Below, in pieces: positions 41,582 through 54,428 of a DNA stretch of 64,000 bases; positions within the stretch are counted from its first letter, which is position 1; each line of letters starts with the position of its first letter. The stretch is taken from positions 310,001 through 374,000 of the forward strand of contig JAKIMF020000011.1 of assembly GCA_022605425.2 (NCBI GenBank). The letters are read 5' to 3'. This stretch comes from Hamiltosporidium tvaerminnensis FI-OER-3-3 (lineage: Eukaryota; Fungi; Microsporidia). Under the pieces are notes generated by a model, which saw only the letters and a list, made by a program, of their open reading frames with translations, was not told the DNA's origin and did no database searches. The position numbers were made by a program, and so were the translations under genes.

Positions 41582-43945
41582 ATGAAAAGTGAATGTAACA
41601 ATTCCGGATTTTATCGTAAAACATTTATTTTTAATGTAATATTGTACATTTTAAATTCTGTTCTGGAGAAGCTTAACACGAAAATATTTTGTACGGAGGT
41701 GAATTTTTATTTTATTCATGAAAAATATGTAGAAGAAATAATATCAACAAAACGGTTGCATACAATGAGAATACCTATATGCAATCAGCTTAGAGAATAT
41801 GAAACTGCTTGCTTACTTGAAAATAGAGTTATAATGTGTAATTCAACATTTAATAAAGTCGAATATTTTTCGTACAAAATATTTTCAATAGAATATCCAA
41901 AGGATTTGATTCTAGAATCAAATTTGATAGAATCTTATATAAAAAGCGGAGAAACTACTATCCATATATTTTTAGGAAATTTTTCTATTTTAAGTTCAAT
42001 GAAATTTTTTAAGCTTATAAGTTCGTTAGATGGATTTATAAGTCAAATACAGCTAAACGAATTTATCCAATACACAAAATTTTTATCGATTTTTAAAATG
42101 AATAGAACAGAAAATAGAAAATATTTTCTCAAAAATTTTGTTTTGCATGTAATAATGGATCCTGGATTTCTCGAAAAGAATTATTATTTTTTAACAACTG
42201 TTTATGACAAATATGAAGATTTGGACAAAGAGCTGATTAATGAAATATTTAATATATTTCTATATTTCAATCTAGTAAAGCAAAAAAAAGAATCTTGTTT
42301 ATTTTCACCCAAAATCGGACCAATGTATTCACCAGAAATTAAGTTAAATTTTTTAACTTACGAATACTTGACAGAAAAATACAACAAGTTCACAATTTTG
42401 CAAATCACTGATGATGATTTAAAGAGTATATTTAATGTTATGGATCATGATACATTTATTGCAAGATTTCATTTTCTGCTTAGAATGATGAATATAGATG
42501 TTCTATTTATTAATATATCAGAAATTTCTGAAAAAATTTTAATTTCATATTTTAAGATCAAACCAAATAAATTAACTAAAATTTATTTTGTAGAGAATGG
42601 TTCTGATCAATATATTCTTGATATTTTAATAAGTACAAATTATTTTGATGGAATCGATAATGTAAAGATATATTCTGAATTCGAAATTGAGAAAATAGAT
42701 TATATTGTAAAAATGTGTGTAAGATGTAAAAAAATTAAGGTTAGCAATGTAATTTATTTTGAAAAAACGGTTAAAACTTTGTTGAAATTTGCAGAAGAAA
42801 ATAAAAATATATCTGTGAAATATCAAATCCAGCGCTTTATAATAACTTTTGGAAACTTAATTTTACTGCAAGATATTCCAGAAAATATGATTGTTGTTGT
42901 TGGACAAGTTAATTTTGAAATTTTAGCATATATCAGATTAGAATTTATTTGTATTTATGATTTTATTAAAAATATAGAAATAACATTTAGAAAAGATAAA
43001 GCATGGCAAGAACTGATTTTAAAATGTAAAAATGTTAAAAGTCTTTTTTTAATTTCAGAAGATATGAAATGCAATTTTAAATTTAAAGCGAAATGGATTC
43101 AGTATCTGGAAAACTCTAAAAATTTAGAAATATTGGTCTTTAAAAATATTATTTTACCAAAAGAAATGCTAAATTTTATATTAAATTCAAATTCTTTGGT
43201 ATATGTTGGTTTTTTCGAGACAAAATTCCCCCAATCCTTCACAATACACCCAAAGTTAAATCATAATAATACCCACATAAGAGGTTTTGGCTTTTCAAAT
43301 ACAAAAATAGTTTTGAAAAATAGTTTTTTAAGATATATCGCGAGATTTTCAAATCTAAAATTTTTGAAATTGAATATTACTAGGATAAAAGAAACATTAT
43401 TAAAAAATTATAAAAAAGAATCAAATGCTTCCAACTTTCAAACACCTAAAGTACTTTTAAAATATTTAGAAATTAAAGCAAGTCTTGATATTCCAAAAGA
43501 ACGTCTTTCAATATTAAGTATTTTGTCCAGGTATTTTGAAATGAAATTTATTAGTAGCCTAATAATACAAGTTTATGATATATTACAAGAAGAATACCGA
43601 ATAATAAACGATCTAATCTATTTAGAAAATTTATATATACATCTCAATACAAAAATCAACATCCCGATCCTTAATATATTTGAAAATATAAGTCATATAT
43701 CGAAAATCGTAAATATAACTCTTGATATCTTTAAATGTAATGATTTGGATCCATTGGTGTTAAGAAAATTCAAAAATCTTAAATTTTTAAATTTATATTG
43801 TTATGAAATTGATACTACCAGCATTCAAATTTTAGATTCGCAAACAGTTATCGGTGATTTAATTATAAGAATTACTATTTATGATAATACTTATGAATCT
43901 TTTACAGAAAGGAATATGTTATATGAATTAAGATTGATAGAATAG
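41582..43945 (+). CDS. Intact 787-aa member of the lineage-expanded hydrophobic-N-terminus/LRR-like family
   Basis: Long uninterrupted ORF with hydrophobic FIFNVILYIL near the N-terminus. The C-terminal half has degenerate LRR-like units (SKNLEILVFKNIIL, FSNLKFLKLNI, LIYLENLYIHL, FKNLKFLNLYC). Confidence 0.85.
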   Translation: MKSECNNSGFYRKTFIFNVILYILNSVLEKLNTKIFCTEVNFYFIHEKYVEEIISTKRLHTMRIPICNQLREYETACLLENRVIMCNSTFNKVEYFSYKIFSIEYPKDLILESNLIESYIKSGETTIHIFLGNFSILSSMKFFKLISSLDGFISQIQLNEFIQYTKFLSIFKMNRTENRKYFLKNFVLHVIMDPGFLEKNYYFLTTVYDKYEDLDKELINEIFNIFLYFNLVKQKKESCLFSPKIGPMYSPEIKLNFLTYEYLTEKYNKFTILQITDDDLKSIFNVMDHDTFIARFHFLLRMMNIDVLFINISEISEKILISYFKIKPNKLTKIYFVENGSDQYILDILISTNYFDGIDNVKIYSEFEIEKIDYIVKMCVRCKKIKVSNVIYFEKTVKTLLKFAEENKNISVKYQIQRFIITFGNLILLQDIPENMIVVVGQVNFEILAYIRLEFICIYDFIKNIEITFRKDKAWQELILKCKNVKSLFLISEDMKCNFKFKAKWIQYLENSKNLEILVFKNIILPKEMLNFILNSNSLVYVGFFETKFPQSFTIHPKLNHNNTHIRGFGFSNTKIVLKNSFLRYIARFSNLKFLKLNITRIKETLLKNYKKESNASNFQTPKVLLKYLEIKASLDIPKERLSILSILSRYFEMKFISSLIIQVYDILQEEYRIINDLIYLENLYIHLNTKINIPILNIFENISHISKIVNITLDIFKCNDLDPLVLRKFKNLKFLNLYCYEIDTTSIQILDSQTVIGDLIIRITIYDNTYESFTERNMLYELRLIE

Positions 43946-46892
43946 AGACTTTTATAGTTACAGTTAATTCTATAATTACTTTTACTAATTTATAAACATT
44001 TATATCAATGTTGATATAGTTTCAAAGTCCTTTTTTTCATAAGATCTTCATAAATTTATCAAAATATGTAAATTTCATAAAAATAAAAGATGATGCATTC
44101 GGAATATTTATATAACGTTTCAATATAAAATCCCAGATTCTGTTTTTCTTTTGATTATATCAAGTATTGGATTCGTTATTTTGTAGAATAGTAGAAACAA
44201 AAAATGATTTAAATTATAAGTTTAAAAATAAAGTTTGAAATATTTCGAAGGATATCATATGTTTGCTTATAAAAAGTTTTGATTATCTCTTAACCAAAAG
44301 AAACAATTTTTCTAGAAACAGTAAAAAAATATAAAAATTTATCTCAGCTTTAAATTCTAACTCCTTTTCAAATTTCTAAAAATAATAAAATCACATTATA
44401 TTCAATGTAAAATTATAACTTCTTATTAAAAAATTGTATTTAAGTGTTCAAAATAATTGTATTTCTGTTATTCGAAAATATACATAATATTTTTTTTCCT
44501 GTATATATCCCAGATCGTAGAAGATAATATATAAGAAAAAACGAATATTTAATATAAAAACACAATTAATATCTAGAATCTGTTATATTTCATAATACAT
44601 TTATAATTTTCAAAGTTATAATTATAGACTTCAATATAATGATTGTTTACAACACTTTACGAGCCAAATAGACTTAAAATTTGCTTTAATTTAGATTTTA
44701 GATTTTGTGGCCCAAAAGTTCCGTTTATTGAATTAAAAAGGTTTCAGATCTTAACAGATTAAATAATTCCTGCAATACGAGCTTTTATTTATAAATGAGT
44801 ATTTTTGGAGTAAAAGCATATAACTATTAACGACTTTAATGATACACTTGTAAAGCATTTTTAAAGATTCTTACTTATAATAAACTTTCGGATTATTTAA
44901 ACTCTTTTTAATGAGTTATTAGATAATATAATAGAGAATCAACATTTTTGAAGCGATACAATCAATTGTAAATTATAGTATACAAATCAAATGGTTTAGA
45001 TTTCATATTCTTTTTATATATCTATGTATTCTTCCAAAAAAAAATAATTAAAACAGTGTGAAAATAAACGAAAAGATTAAAGTAGAACATAAAGCTTATT
45101 TTGAATTACAAGAAATCTTTAAACCTAGACTTTTAAGTTGGAAAGCAAGAAAATCTTACATAGAAATTTTCGTAAATATTTTCTAAGATAAATCTGTGAA
45201 ACATGGATATTGACGAAATGTAATAAAACGATGCTCTCATATAACACAGAAAATTCTAAGTCGAATATACGGACAAACATAAAGCCAACAAAAATAGCAG
45301 CGAATTCGTACCTTTAAAGTTTTATCATATACATACCCCAGCGTTTGTAAAAAAAATCAACAACCAGACACCGAAAGCTGGGTGATCTTGCACGAATGCA
45401 GGTGAACAGAGCTAGCAAGAGTTTAACCGTGCAAAATCAAAAGTCTAAGACATTAGAGATCTAGATCAACAGAGCCAAGGTACTTTAAGAATAATCTCAA
45501 CAGCCTTAGTATATAAGAATAAAACAAAAGAGGCCTAATCTTGAAAGGAGAAATTAAGCAGAAGATAAAGCTAAAATCCGACTGACTCGTTATTAAATTG
45601 GATAAAAGAGTATTGATCATATAGCTCATTAGATATTTCATATATTCCTATATTTGGTGTGTACGAATAATTGACAAAAACTCACATGGTTTTTATAGCC
45701 CACTTGAAAGTAAGTCGCCATCGCTTTTATTGGTTGCTAACATATGATGGGGTTTTATTAGAACACATTCAAAAAAATTTTATTTGCCTGTTTGCTGTCT
45801 TTTTCCTTCCAAAAAAGTTGTTTTCAAGGTCCTCAAGGCTATAAATACAAAGTCCTTAAGTTTTAATGCATAATTGATCTATTTCTACAACGTATTCCTA
45901 TGAATATTTATGAAGTCTTGGGTTTCTTATGCGATGCGGAAGACATACTTATGTGGGATATAATTCTTGCTTAAAAAGCCCAGAAATATCTTTTTGTATG
46001 ATTTTTTGATATCATTTTTAAGCTTTATTAATCTAAACCAATTTCTTGCACCTTTAAAGTCCAAATAAGAATCCCAATGCCGCTCTCATTTATATCATGA
46101 TGGATTTTTCTTCGAGCGTGCATCTTGTCTCATTATGTTATACAATCTCGAGTTCTTAACATTTCTAGTAGACTTCGTTTCAAAACAATTTCTACTCGAC
46201 CCTCGCCATCCTAGCATTTCCTTATCTAGAAAAAAAAATTTATTCTGCAAATTTATAAGCTACCGCTGCAGGTACTCTTAATCTGAATAGTTTTACATTT
46301 GTTTTAAATATTCGATCCGGTATTTCAACGTTGCGCATGTGGCGTGGAGATAAGAACCAGAATAATACCTGCTCATAAATTGAATCAGCTCATTATTCAT
46401 AAGAAAGAAACACTATTCTAATAACATCGTATGCAAATCTTGCGTATAGCGTTCGGAAATGTTCACATAGAGAAGAATTTTTAACTTACGACCTTCTTCT
46501 TGAGTGAAAACTTGGATTAAAGGATAAAGCCCGATATATTCATCTAAAACTTAGCTGCTTTCGATTCTACGTTTGTCTTTAGGAATGTACTTCTATAGAA
46601 GCGGGTCATTCTTTCATTTTGAAAAAGGCTTAAGTTCTTGCACCTACGAGTATAATCGGCTCGAATATAACTGCAACATTTAAACCAACTAATCTAGATG
46701 ATGCGATCTTCCATGCTTTTGAAACCACTGATAAAGTTGTATCTAAAAATTTACTCGAAAGAAGACCTGTTGTTCTAGAATAGATTTCTCCGAAGTAAGG
46801 CTTCCAGAAAATATTTCTATCAATTCACGGAACAATTTATTCATTCGACAAGATTTTTTTTGTAGATCAGGTGTTTTTTAATTAAAGACAAA

Positions 46893-47090
46893 ATATATAC
46901 TTTCTTATTCCATCCTTCTTTTACCTCTCAGTGTCAAAGATTACAAATATCAATTTGTTATTTGTTTCTTTAAATCGGTTCAACTCGGGATTGTAGGAAA
47001 TAACTTATAGATCTGATTTGGCATTATTTAGTAATTGGAATAAATGATAGTAATATCAATCCCAGACACTCATTGTCAAATATATAATTT
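46893..47090 (+). repeat. Dispersed repeat, short form, copy S3 (internally rearranged)
   Basis: ATACTTTCTTATT...CTTTTACCTCTCAGTGTC...AACTCGGGATT...TATAGATC match S2. The terminal module is only partly retained (ACACTCATTGTCAAA). Confidence 0.75.
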
Positions 47091-50000
47091 TTTGATTTTG
47101 ATAATCTTCCCTACACCAAAAAAAAACAAAATAAAAAAATATAAATAAATTATACAAAAAAAACGGGCATTCTAAATATTCTTTAGTTGGATTTTCATGT
47201 AACAAAATTAAATGGTTTTCAACATCTTTTAAGCACATATCATAATTTTTTGATTTTATCTTAAAAAATCGAAACGAAAAAACAAGAAATATTTAACTTA
47301 ATTTATTATCAATTAAATCAATGTATTTGAGATTTTTTCTAATAATTTTTTTCGAATAGTGGGTCTGATTTACTAATCGAAATTATCCATAACTGCTAAT
47401 TTAAATCTGTAAATATTTTTCTCGGATTTCGTTTAGAAGAACTTTGTTCACAGAGTCAAGTAGTCTTGAAAGCGGAGAAGACCCTCAAGCAATTTCATGC
47501 ACGTTATTGAAATTAGCGGTTGAAAGACTCCTATAAAATTTCTTTAATTATTTGTAAATTTTATTGTATGAATATCTTTAAGACTAATTAATATTTTTTT
47601 TTGAACATATCTATGAAGCTTATAACATTTGTTATAGAAACTTAAAAACAGAAATTCAAAAAATAATTTTTAGTAGGTTGAATAATTCTAATGAATTCTT
47701 TGACCTTGAGACTTTTTACAGAAGTCAATATGGCTCGTTGAGTATAATGTCTGGCAACGCTATATCTAGAAAATATTTTTTTATATTTTAACATCTGCTC
47801 ATATAGATACTTTTCTTCTCCGGGGATAGTCTGGAAGGTATTGTTTATTGAGTTCTCTGCGGCAAGCTAGTCGGAAAATACGGCTTCTTTGTCAAAAGCA
47901 ACATAATTTTAGTTAAAACTTTTTTTTGAAACACCTATAAACTTTGGATTCCCCTGAATCTTCGAGTAACTAGGAAAAACACCCCGGTATGTTTATTCTT
48001 GTCAAAACACAGATATAAATATAAAGCACTTTTCAAAAAACTATCGAATTTACTGAAATGTTAAGCTTCTAATTTCTTTAATCAACAGTGTTAACATACT
48101 CTGTTTTCGATATGAGATTATTAAGATTTTCTGTATGCGCTTTTTTTCTGCAACAAAAAGGAATTCTTGAATAAGAACCATTCTATTTTACAGATAAAGG
48201 AAACGAAAAAAGCGATCAAATCGAAATGGTTTGCCAGGTCTACTATTTTTTGAATTTTGGTGCATATTAAGTGTATTTTTTCTCCCGCTTTTCACATATA
48301 GCTTTTGTTGCCTTGTTCTATTTATTATTAAAATCTTTTGAGAAAGAGACTAATATTGATTATCATTAAAAAGTATAATTACAATTTGTCTTGCAACACA
48401 AAAAGTTACCAGTGCAAGAATGAATTCTTTACTCTGCGATACCGAAAAGAAACGTATAAGGCTGCAACTTATAAAACGCTTAATCAAATGCTAGCTGTTA
48501 TAAAAATCGCGCTTCAAAGGTAAAAAGACCGAAATGTTGCGAAACTGTTAAATTAAAAACCTTAAGTCACAAGGTTTAGATTGCGTTTTTACTTTCAAAA
48601 AATAGAATTTACTTTCCAGTTTTTCTTGATCGGATAATTTACGAGCTTGACTATTTGCTATATTCTATTAAATTTTTTATACAAGCTACTAGCTATAATA
48701 TATAAAGTATGAAAACCAAAGTGTTTGTTAAATATTTGGTAAATGGCATACGTTTTCCATAATTATATTAAAATTTGCACGATTTGGCTTAAGAAACGTC
48801 TCTATTTGTTTGAAAAAGCCACTGCCTAAGTTATTCTCTTCTCGCTTAAAAAAGTTTTTTGTTAAATATATTTCCGGATAGCATTTGATCTTTTTATTAT
48901 GCTGTTCTTACGAAATAGTATTCTATGAATCAACATCTTTCTCATGCTCAATTAGAAAACAAATCAAGTCAAAATTTGCCTATGTGTATCAAAGACATCT
49001 TGATTTAGAACTGAAATTTGATACTAACACGATTTGTACATTTTATTAAGATTTTTCTACAAAATTTTAGATTAAAATTATAGTGAGTATATAAATGGTA
49101 TTCAAATCCTTTTCAAATATTATTTCATTAAAGTATTTAGAAAGTCGAGTATACACCAATTAATTTGATAGAAAATTACATTGAAATATCAAGAAAGAAA
49201 TGTCTGTTTAAAAATAAACAGACACAATCTTGCTGAGTTATCATTGTTTTACAGGGCGTTTTAATAAAAAAATATTCATAATTTATTTAAGTTGTGGTTT
49301 TTGAAAGATAATAAAATTTTTGAATATAAATTACTTTTTAAACATTAATATATCAAGTAATTTATTCTTCTTATTAATCAAAAAAACAGAAGAATTCTTT
49401 TAAGAAATTGATTATTGTCTACATTTCGTATAAATTAAATAATAATTGTTTTTTTATTTCTATAACAAGAAATATTAAAAAGGTATCCTTCAATAAATAT
49501 ACAGAATAAAGTTTTTTTAAAAAATTCCTAGTAATTATAATAAAAGGGATTATTATGATTGCCAAATTTTCATTGGTCATAGAATTTACTTTACAAATGT
49601 CAATAAAGATTCGATTGTATCGATTAGCCTGAATTTTAAAAGACTGGTTTTTTTTAAAAGGAATCTTATCTAATCAAACAATCTACAATTAAATCGATAA
49701 AAAGCAAGATTTTTAAAAAATATTAATGAGAAAAATGAAATTTTATTTGAATTTTGGTGCTTACTTCGCGTAGAGGAACTTATAATTTAGAAAATAAACC
49801 CGAAAAGGTATTTTAAAATGACTTTAAAAAACCTTTGAAATAATAGCAATAATGAATCGATAAAAATGAAAAAAAAAATTTAATCTTAAAAAGACTGCAA
49901 AAAAGATTCACGAACAGGAAATAACATTCCCATCAAAGGATTGTTTCAAAGCCTTTTGGTAACCGGCTTGTTTCAATCAATCTACAATAATAGTCGTTGG

Positions 50001-51599
50001 TGCTTTCAAAATTAGAAAAATTACAAATAAAAATGTATTTATGGCTTTGAAACCGCTTTTAAATATATAATATTTATTTTACTTACAAAAGTCTCTATGT
50101 TTGAGCCATGGTCTTGCATTTCTTACAAATGTACCAATCTATTCATTGCCAAATCCGGATATATAACGGCTTTAAACACTAAATATTCCAGGCACTGCCA
50201 TGCCGAAGAGTTATAAGCCGATTTTCTATCTAAGAACAGGGCTAAGAATAATCGTAGAAATTATTATCATTGTTGTTTAGTTAATTAGATTGTAATATAT
50301 ATGTCTTTACTCAAACGATCTTAAATAATTAGCTGGTAGTCACCTTCGAATGGGAATATGCAAGAAGAAAATATATGTCGAAATTGAACTGTACAATGGC
50401 TTAGATAATGTTTTTTTCTTCATATCATCTAATTAATAATTACAAAGGTATATAATTTATTAAGTATATTTAGTTTTTCTAAGTAACAGAAATCATGGGA
50501 ATTCTTAAAGAATAGGTTATGAGTATATAATTACAAATAGATGATTGCAAATCAGTAGAAATAATATAAATTTTTTTATATTGGTAAGTAATGCATATAT
50601 AATTATCTAATACACTATAATTTAGAATATTTATGTCAAAAATACGATAATTAATGTAGAGCGTATTATCTAGACATTACTGGTAATTAATGATAATCAA
50701 TCACGCAATAAAAGATTTTTTTCTTTTGAGTTCGGCCTGAAAGATGCAAGTTTTGTATTTAAGAGTTTCAGCTCACCGCTTTACCGTATATCATAGTAAA
50801 TAATTATGTTTTCTATAATAAAATTCTGAAAGAAGATTTGAAGAAGTTTCGTCAAAAATTTACCGACTAGAATGAAGTATTAGAAGAATAAAGTATTTAA
50901 AAATAAACTTAAAATTTCAATTTAGAGAACTTATGATGTAGAAATAAGCATCTATTTTAACCTCAATTATGCTTTGAAATAAGTTCGTTTAAAATATTTT
51001 GAAATCTAAATCAGTTTAATTTGTGCACAATTATATCGTAAAAAGAAATTTTATATCTTAATCTTGATGAAACTTATTTCAAGCAAAGCCGTTTTAAAGA
51101 TATCTTTCGTTTAGACTCCTTAACTCAAAAATAACGTTAATTTAAACCTATTAACTATAAATAGCAATACTCGTATTCTATAATAGTCAGCTAGTAATTT
51201 TTTTTATATTTTTGTTTCTTATATCGAGGAAAAGAAAAAGAAAATTTATTTTAAAAGTATTATTGAGTTAATATTTGGAATTTTAATCTAATATGATTAT
51301 TTTAAATTAATTCTTTTACCTAAGAAATAGAAAAAAATGTCAAGGCCAAATATACGAACTGACTGTTTTGATGTCCACTCTGTATAGGTTTTAAGTTAAA
51401 TTCATAAAAAAATCATTTCGAAGAGAAATAGCATGGTTAGACTTATTTAGGAATTAAATTCAGAACAATAATAAATATTAAAAAAGTCTAGAAATAGTTC
51501 TATTTAATCTTTGAATTTTAAAATAGAAATAATATCTGAAAAAAAAATTGACTTATTTAAGAATATTACCATAATTTATAACTTTACAATTTTATCCTA

Positions 51600-52500
51600 T
51601 GCTTTGAAGACTAAAAATTCATAGCAGATTCTTATTCATATCAAATGAACGCGAATTGAAATAATTTACATATATTGCGACAATATAAATATTTTGATAT
51701 GAAAAAAACCCCATGATCTTAGAAATGACATATTCCTCTTCTCCATATAGGTTATATGTAGATAGAAAGAGTCCCTTTCACAATAGGAAAAAGAAGCTTG
51801 GTAATAAATAAACAGATTTATGTACAAAATATCTCTTTCTTTCACGAGCATTCAAAGCACTTTTGAAGTGATGATTATATTTGCATTTGAACATAAAAAT
51901 GCCTTTTATATCCTTCAGTATTCTTAATATTAACACGATAAATACGCTTAGAAATAATTGTTTGCAAAGGAACTTTTCTTCTATTAGAAAGCCAAGTGAT
52001 TTCAAATATTTAGTAATGATAATATAGAAGAATTGATTAGAACATGGTTTTATTGAGGAGATAAAATTTTAATTTTTTGGGAATTTAAAATCTAACAGGT
52101 TATTAATGATTAATGATTTATTTTACGAAATTATAACTCTGATATCATTAATCAATAATTATAATAAAGATATTAGATTATCACACAGATTCACATGCAA
52201 ATTATGGTTTTACGCAAGATTTTGATACGAAATCATATAATATTTATTCCGGGCTATATTTCAATCTAAGAAAGATTATTTTTTAAAGATATATTCGTTT
52301 GGCTAAGTATTGCATTAAAAAATACATTCTATTCTCGAACACTCCCAAAGAAAAAATAGAATTAATTTAGAAAAAAAGGAATTTCAAAGGTAAAAAACCG
52401 AGTGTAAACGCTCATCGGGAGTATAAAATTAATATTCTAGATTAGATATAAAATAGGGACACTAATCTCCATCACAAAGAATATAAAAAATATTCATTGG
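51600..52500 (-). pseudogene. Probable decayed N-terminal part of another member of the LRR-type family
   Basis: Minus-strand translation NKSLIINNLLDFKFPKN*NFISSIKPCSNQFFYIIITKYLKSLGFLIEEKFLCKQLFLSVFIVLILRIL loosely parallels the conserved N-terminal block of the family. Weak support. Confidence 0.3.
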
Positions 52501-53848
52501 TAGCTATAAAACAAATTAGAAAATCAAAAATATGATAAAACTTCAAAGAACTAAAACTATTTACCCACTAAGTATAAGCGAATCCGCGAATAAATAGGGA
52601 TTATGAAATGCTTTTACAGATGAAATCCTTTATAATCTATGTGTGATAGAAACGAAAAGGCAGGATAAGTAGATATTGCTAGAATTTAAGTCCAACATTT
52701 AGTTCCTCAACGACTTAATAATTTCATCTATAAATATTTTTGCTATCAATTTAACTGGCCGGGATAATAAATTTTTTATCATTTTCTAACCTACTGCCTA
52801 AATAAAAAGATAATTCTTTGAAAAAAATGGTTAAAATGGACGTACTTTGGATATTTTAAAAAAAGAGAACCAAAAAATAGCAGATATTTGAGCTTTGTTG
52901 ATTTCGAAAATTTAAAATGATTATGTTTATCCGAGTCTAATAAATTAAATGACCCGAATTTAATTCTACCATAGAACTCTCTTAAATAAAACTACAACAA
53001 AAATCAATAGGCACGTTTTTGGCCGTTTTTATCATTCTTAAACATGCTAGAGGCATTGGATTATTCATCCCGTGATAAAATAATTCGTATTGTTACATAA
53101 TACCATCAAATATAAGTAAGAATTAAAATTTAACTTATATAGACGGAAAACAATTAAGTTTTATTTTTTCTGATTCACAACAAACAAATAGATTCGCCAC
53201 AATTTCTATAACCGAAAAAAGACGCAGATTAACTAAAAAATCAAAGATAAGTATTACTATCTTTCTTATATAGACGCAAAAGAGAAAGGTATGAATCAGA
53301 AAACACAATTTATAGGAACTTAAGTAGCAAAAAACCAAGAATTCATTTATTTAAAATAAAAAAGACATTTCAAATATAAAGACAAATAAAAAATAGAATG
53401 AAGTCAGAGAATTTAAGATAATATGACTGCTAGAAATAATTATTAAAAAAAAGCTTAAAAATAACAAAATTATTGCAATTTGAATGTTAGTTGTTTTTCA
53501 AATATCAAATATAAAACTATATAGTTAGAATTTCTATTTTAAAAAGAAATTTGAATCTGAAACACTATATTAATAAGATTAGGTCAAGCAGAAGGCATAA
53601 GAAATGCGTTTAATAATAGAGACATTGTTTCTTTGATCGAAAGTTTGACTATATTCTTAAAAAGCGAGTATAAAAGTTTTTTAAATCTGTTCTGTTCCTA
53701 ATTTTTAAGATAAAATACATTAAACAAATAAGTATGCTATAAAATTAAAATTTTTAAAATCTTTATACTTTTTTTAGGTATTTTAGGAAAACAAATTTAA
53801 GATATTTTGAATGATTTGATTCAGAAATAAACTTATTTAAAATAAATT

Positions 53849-54078
53849 GAGGGTGGAGAGTGTATAACCACATTAAAAACCATACGCTTGATAATTTAGC
53901 GTATATTGTTGAGAAAATCATTGTTTTAATTTTTGTGGGATATAAACCACATTAGCTCTATAGACCCATCCTCTATAATTCTGAGTTACAACATATTAAA
54001 AGAAGCAATTGGAAAATTTCCAGTTGTTCATCCTTGACACCGAGAGATAAAAGAGGAATATAAAAAGTAAGAAAAATA
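53849..54078 (-). repeat. Dispersed repeat, short form, copy S4 (inverted)
   Basis: Reverse complement reads CTTTTATCTCTCGGTGTCAAGGATGAACAA...CCAATTGCTTCTTTTAAT...GGTTTATATCCCACAAAA...TGTGGTTAT, matching S2. Confidence 0.85.
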
Positions 54079-54104
54079 AATTTAAATACATATGCTTGTT
54101 TTCG

Positions 54105-54150
54105 GAATAGCCCGAGCTCTTAAGAGCTGTAGCGCCGAGAGGGGAGTTAG
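54105..54150 (+). mobile_element. Isolated RTE-type LINE 3' tail
   Basis: GCCCGAGCTCTTAAGAGCTGTAGCGCC (ARALKSCSA; cf. the RTE terminus ...GGGCTGTAGCGCC). Contains the 14-bp palindrome AGCTCTTAAGAGCT and parallels the tail at 54620-54652. Confidence 0.5.
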
Positions 54151-54428
54151 TTATGCGTTGTTTGCTTTAAAATTTTAATGAAAATCTAAAATTGTCAAAT
54201 TTTGAGTTTTTGTTATTTATTTGTATATTTTTTATACTTATTTAACAAAATTCTGGCTTACAACCTTTTTTTATCATTTTCATATATTTTCATTTACCTC
54301 TTTTATCACTACCATATCTTTTCTACATCCGAATTTCCACTTATGTCTATCGAAGATTCCTCTAACGAGGTTCTTCTTTTTTTTTATACTTATATTCTTA
54401 TATTTTCTTACTTAAGTGTAATTTATTT

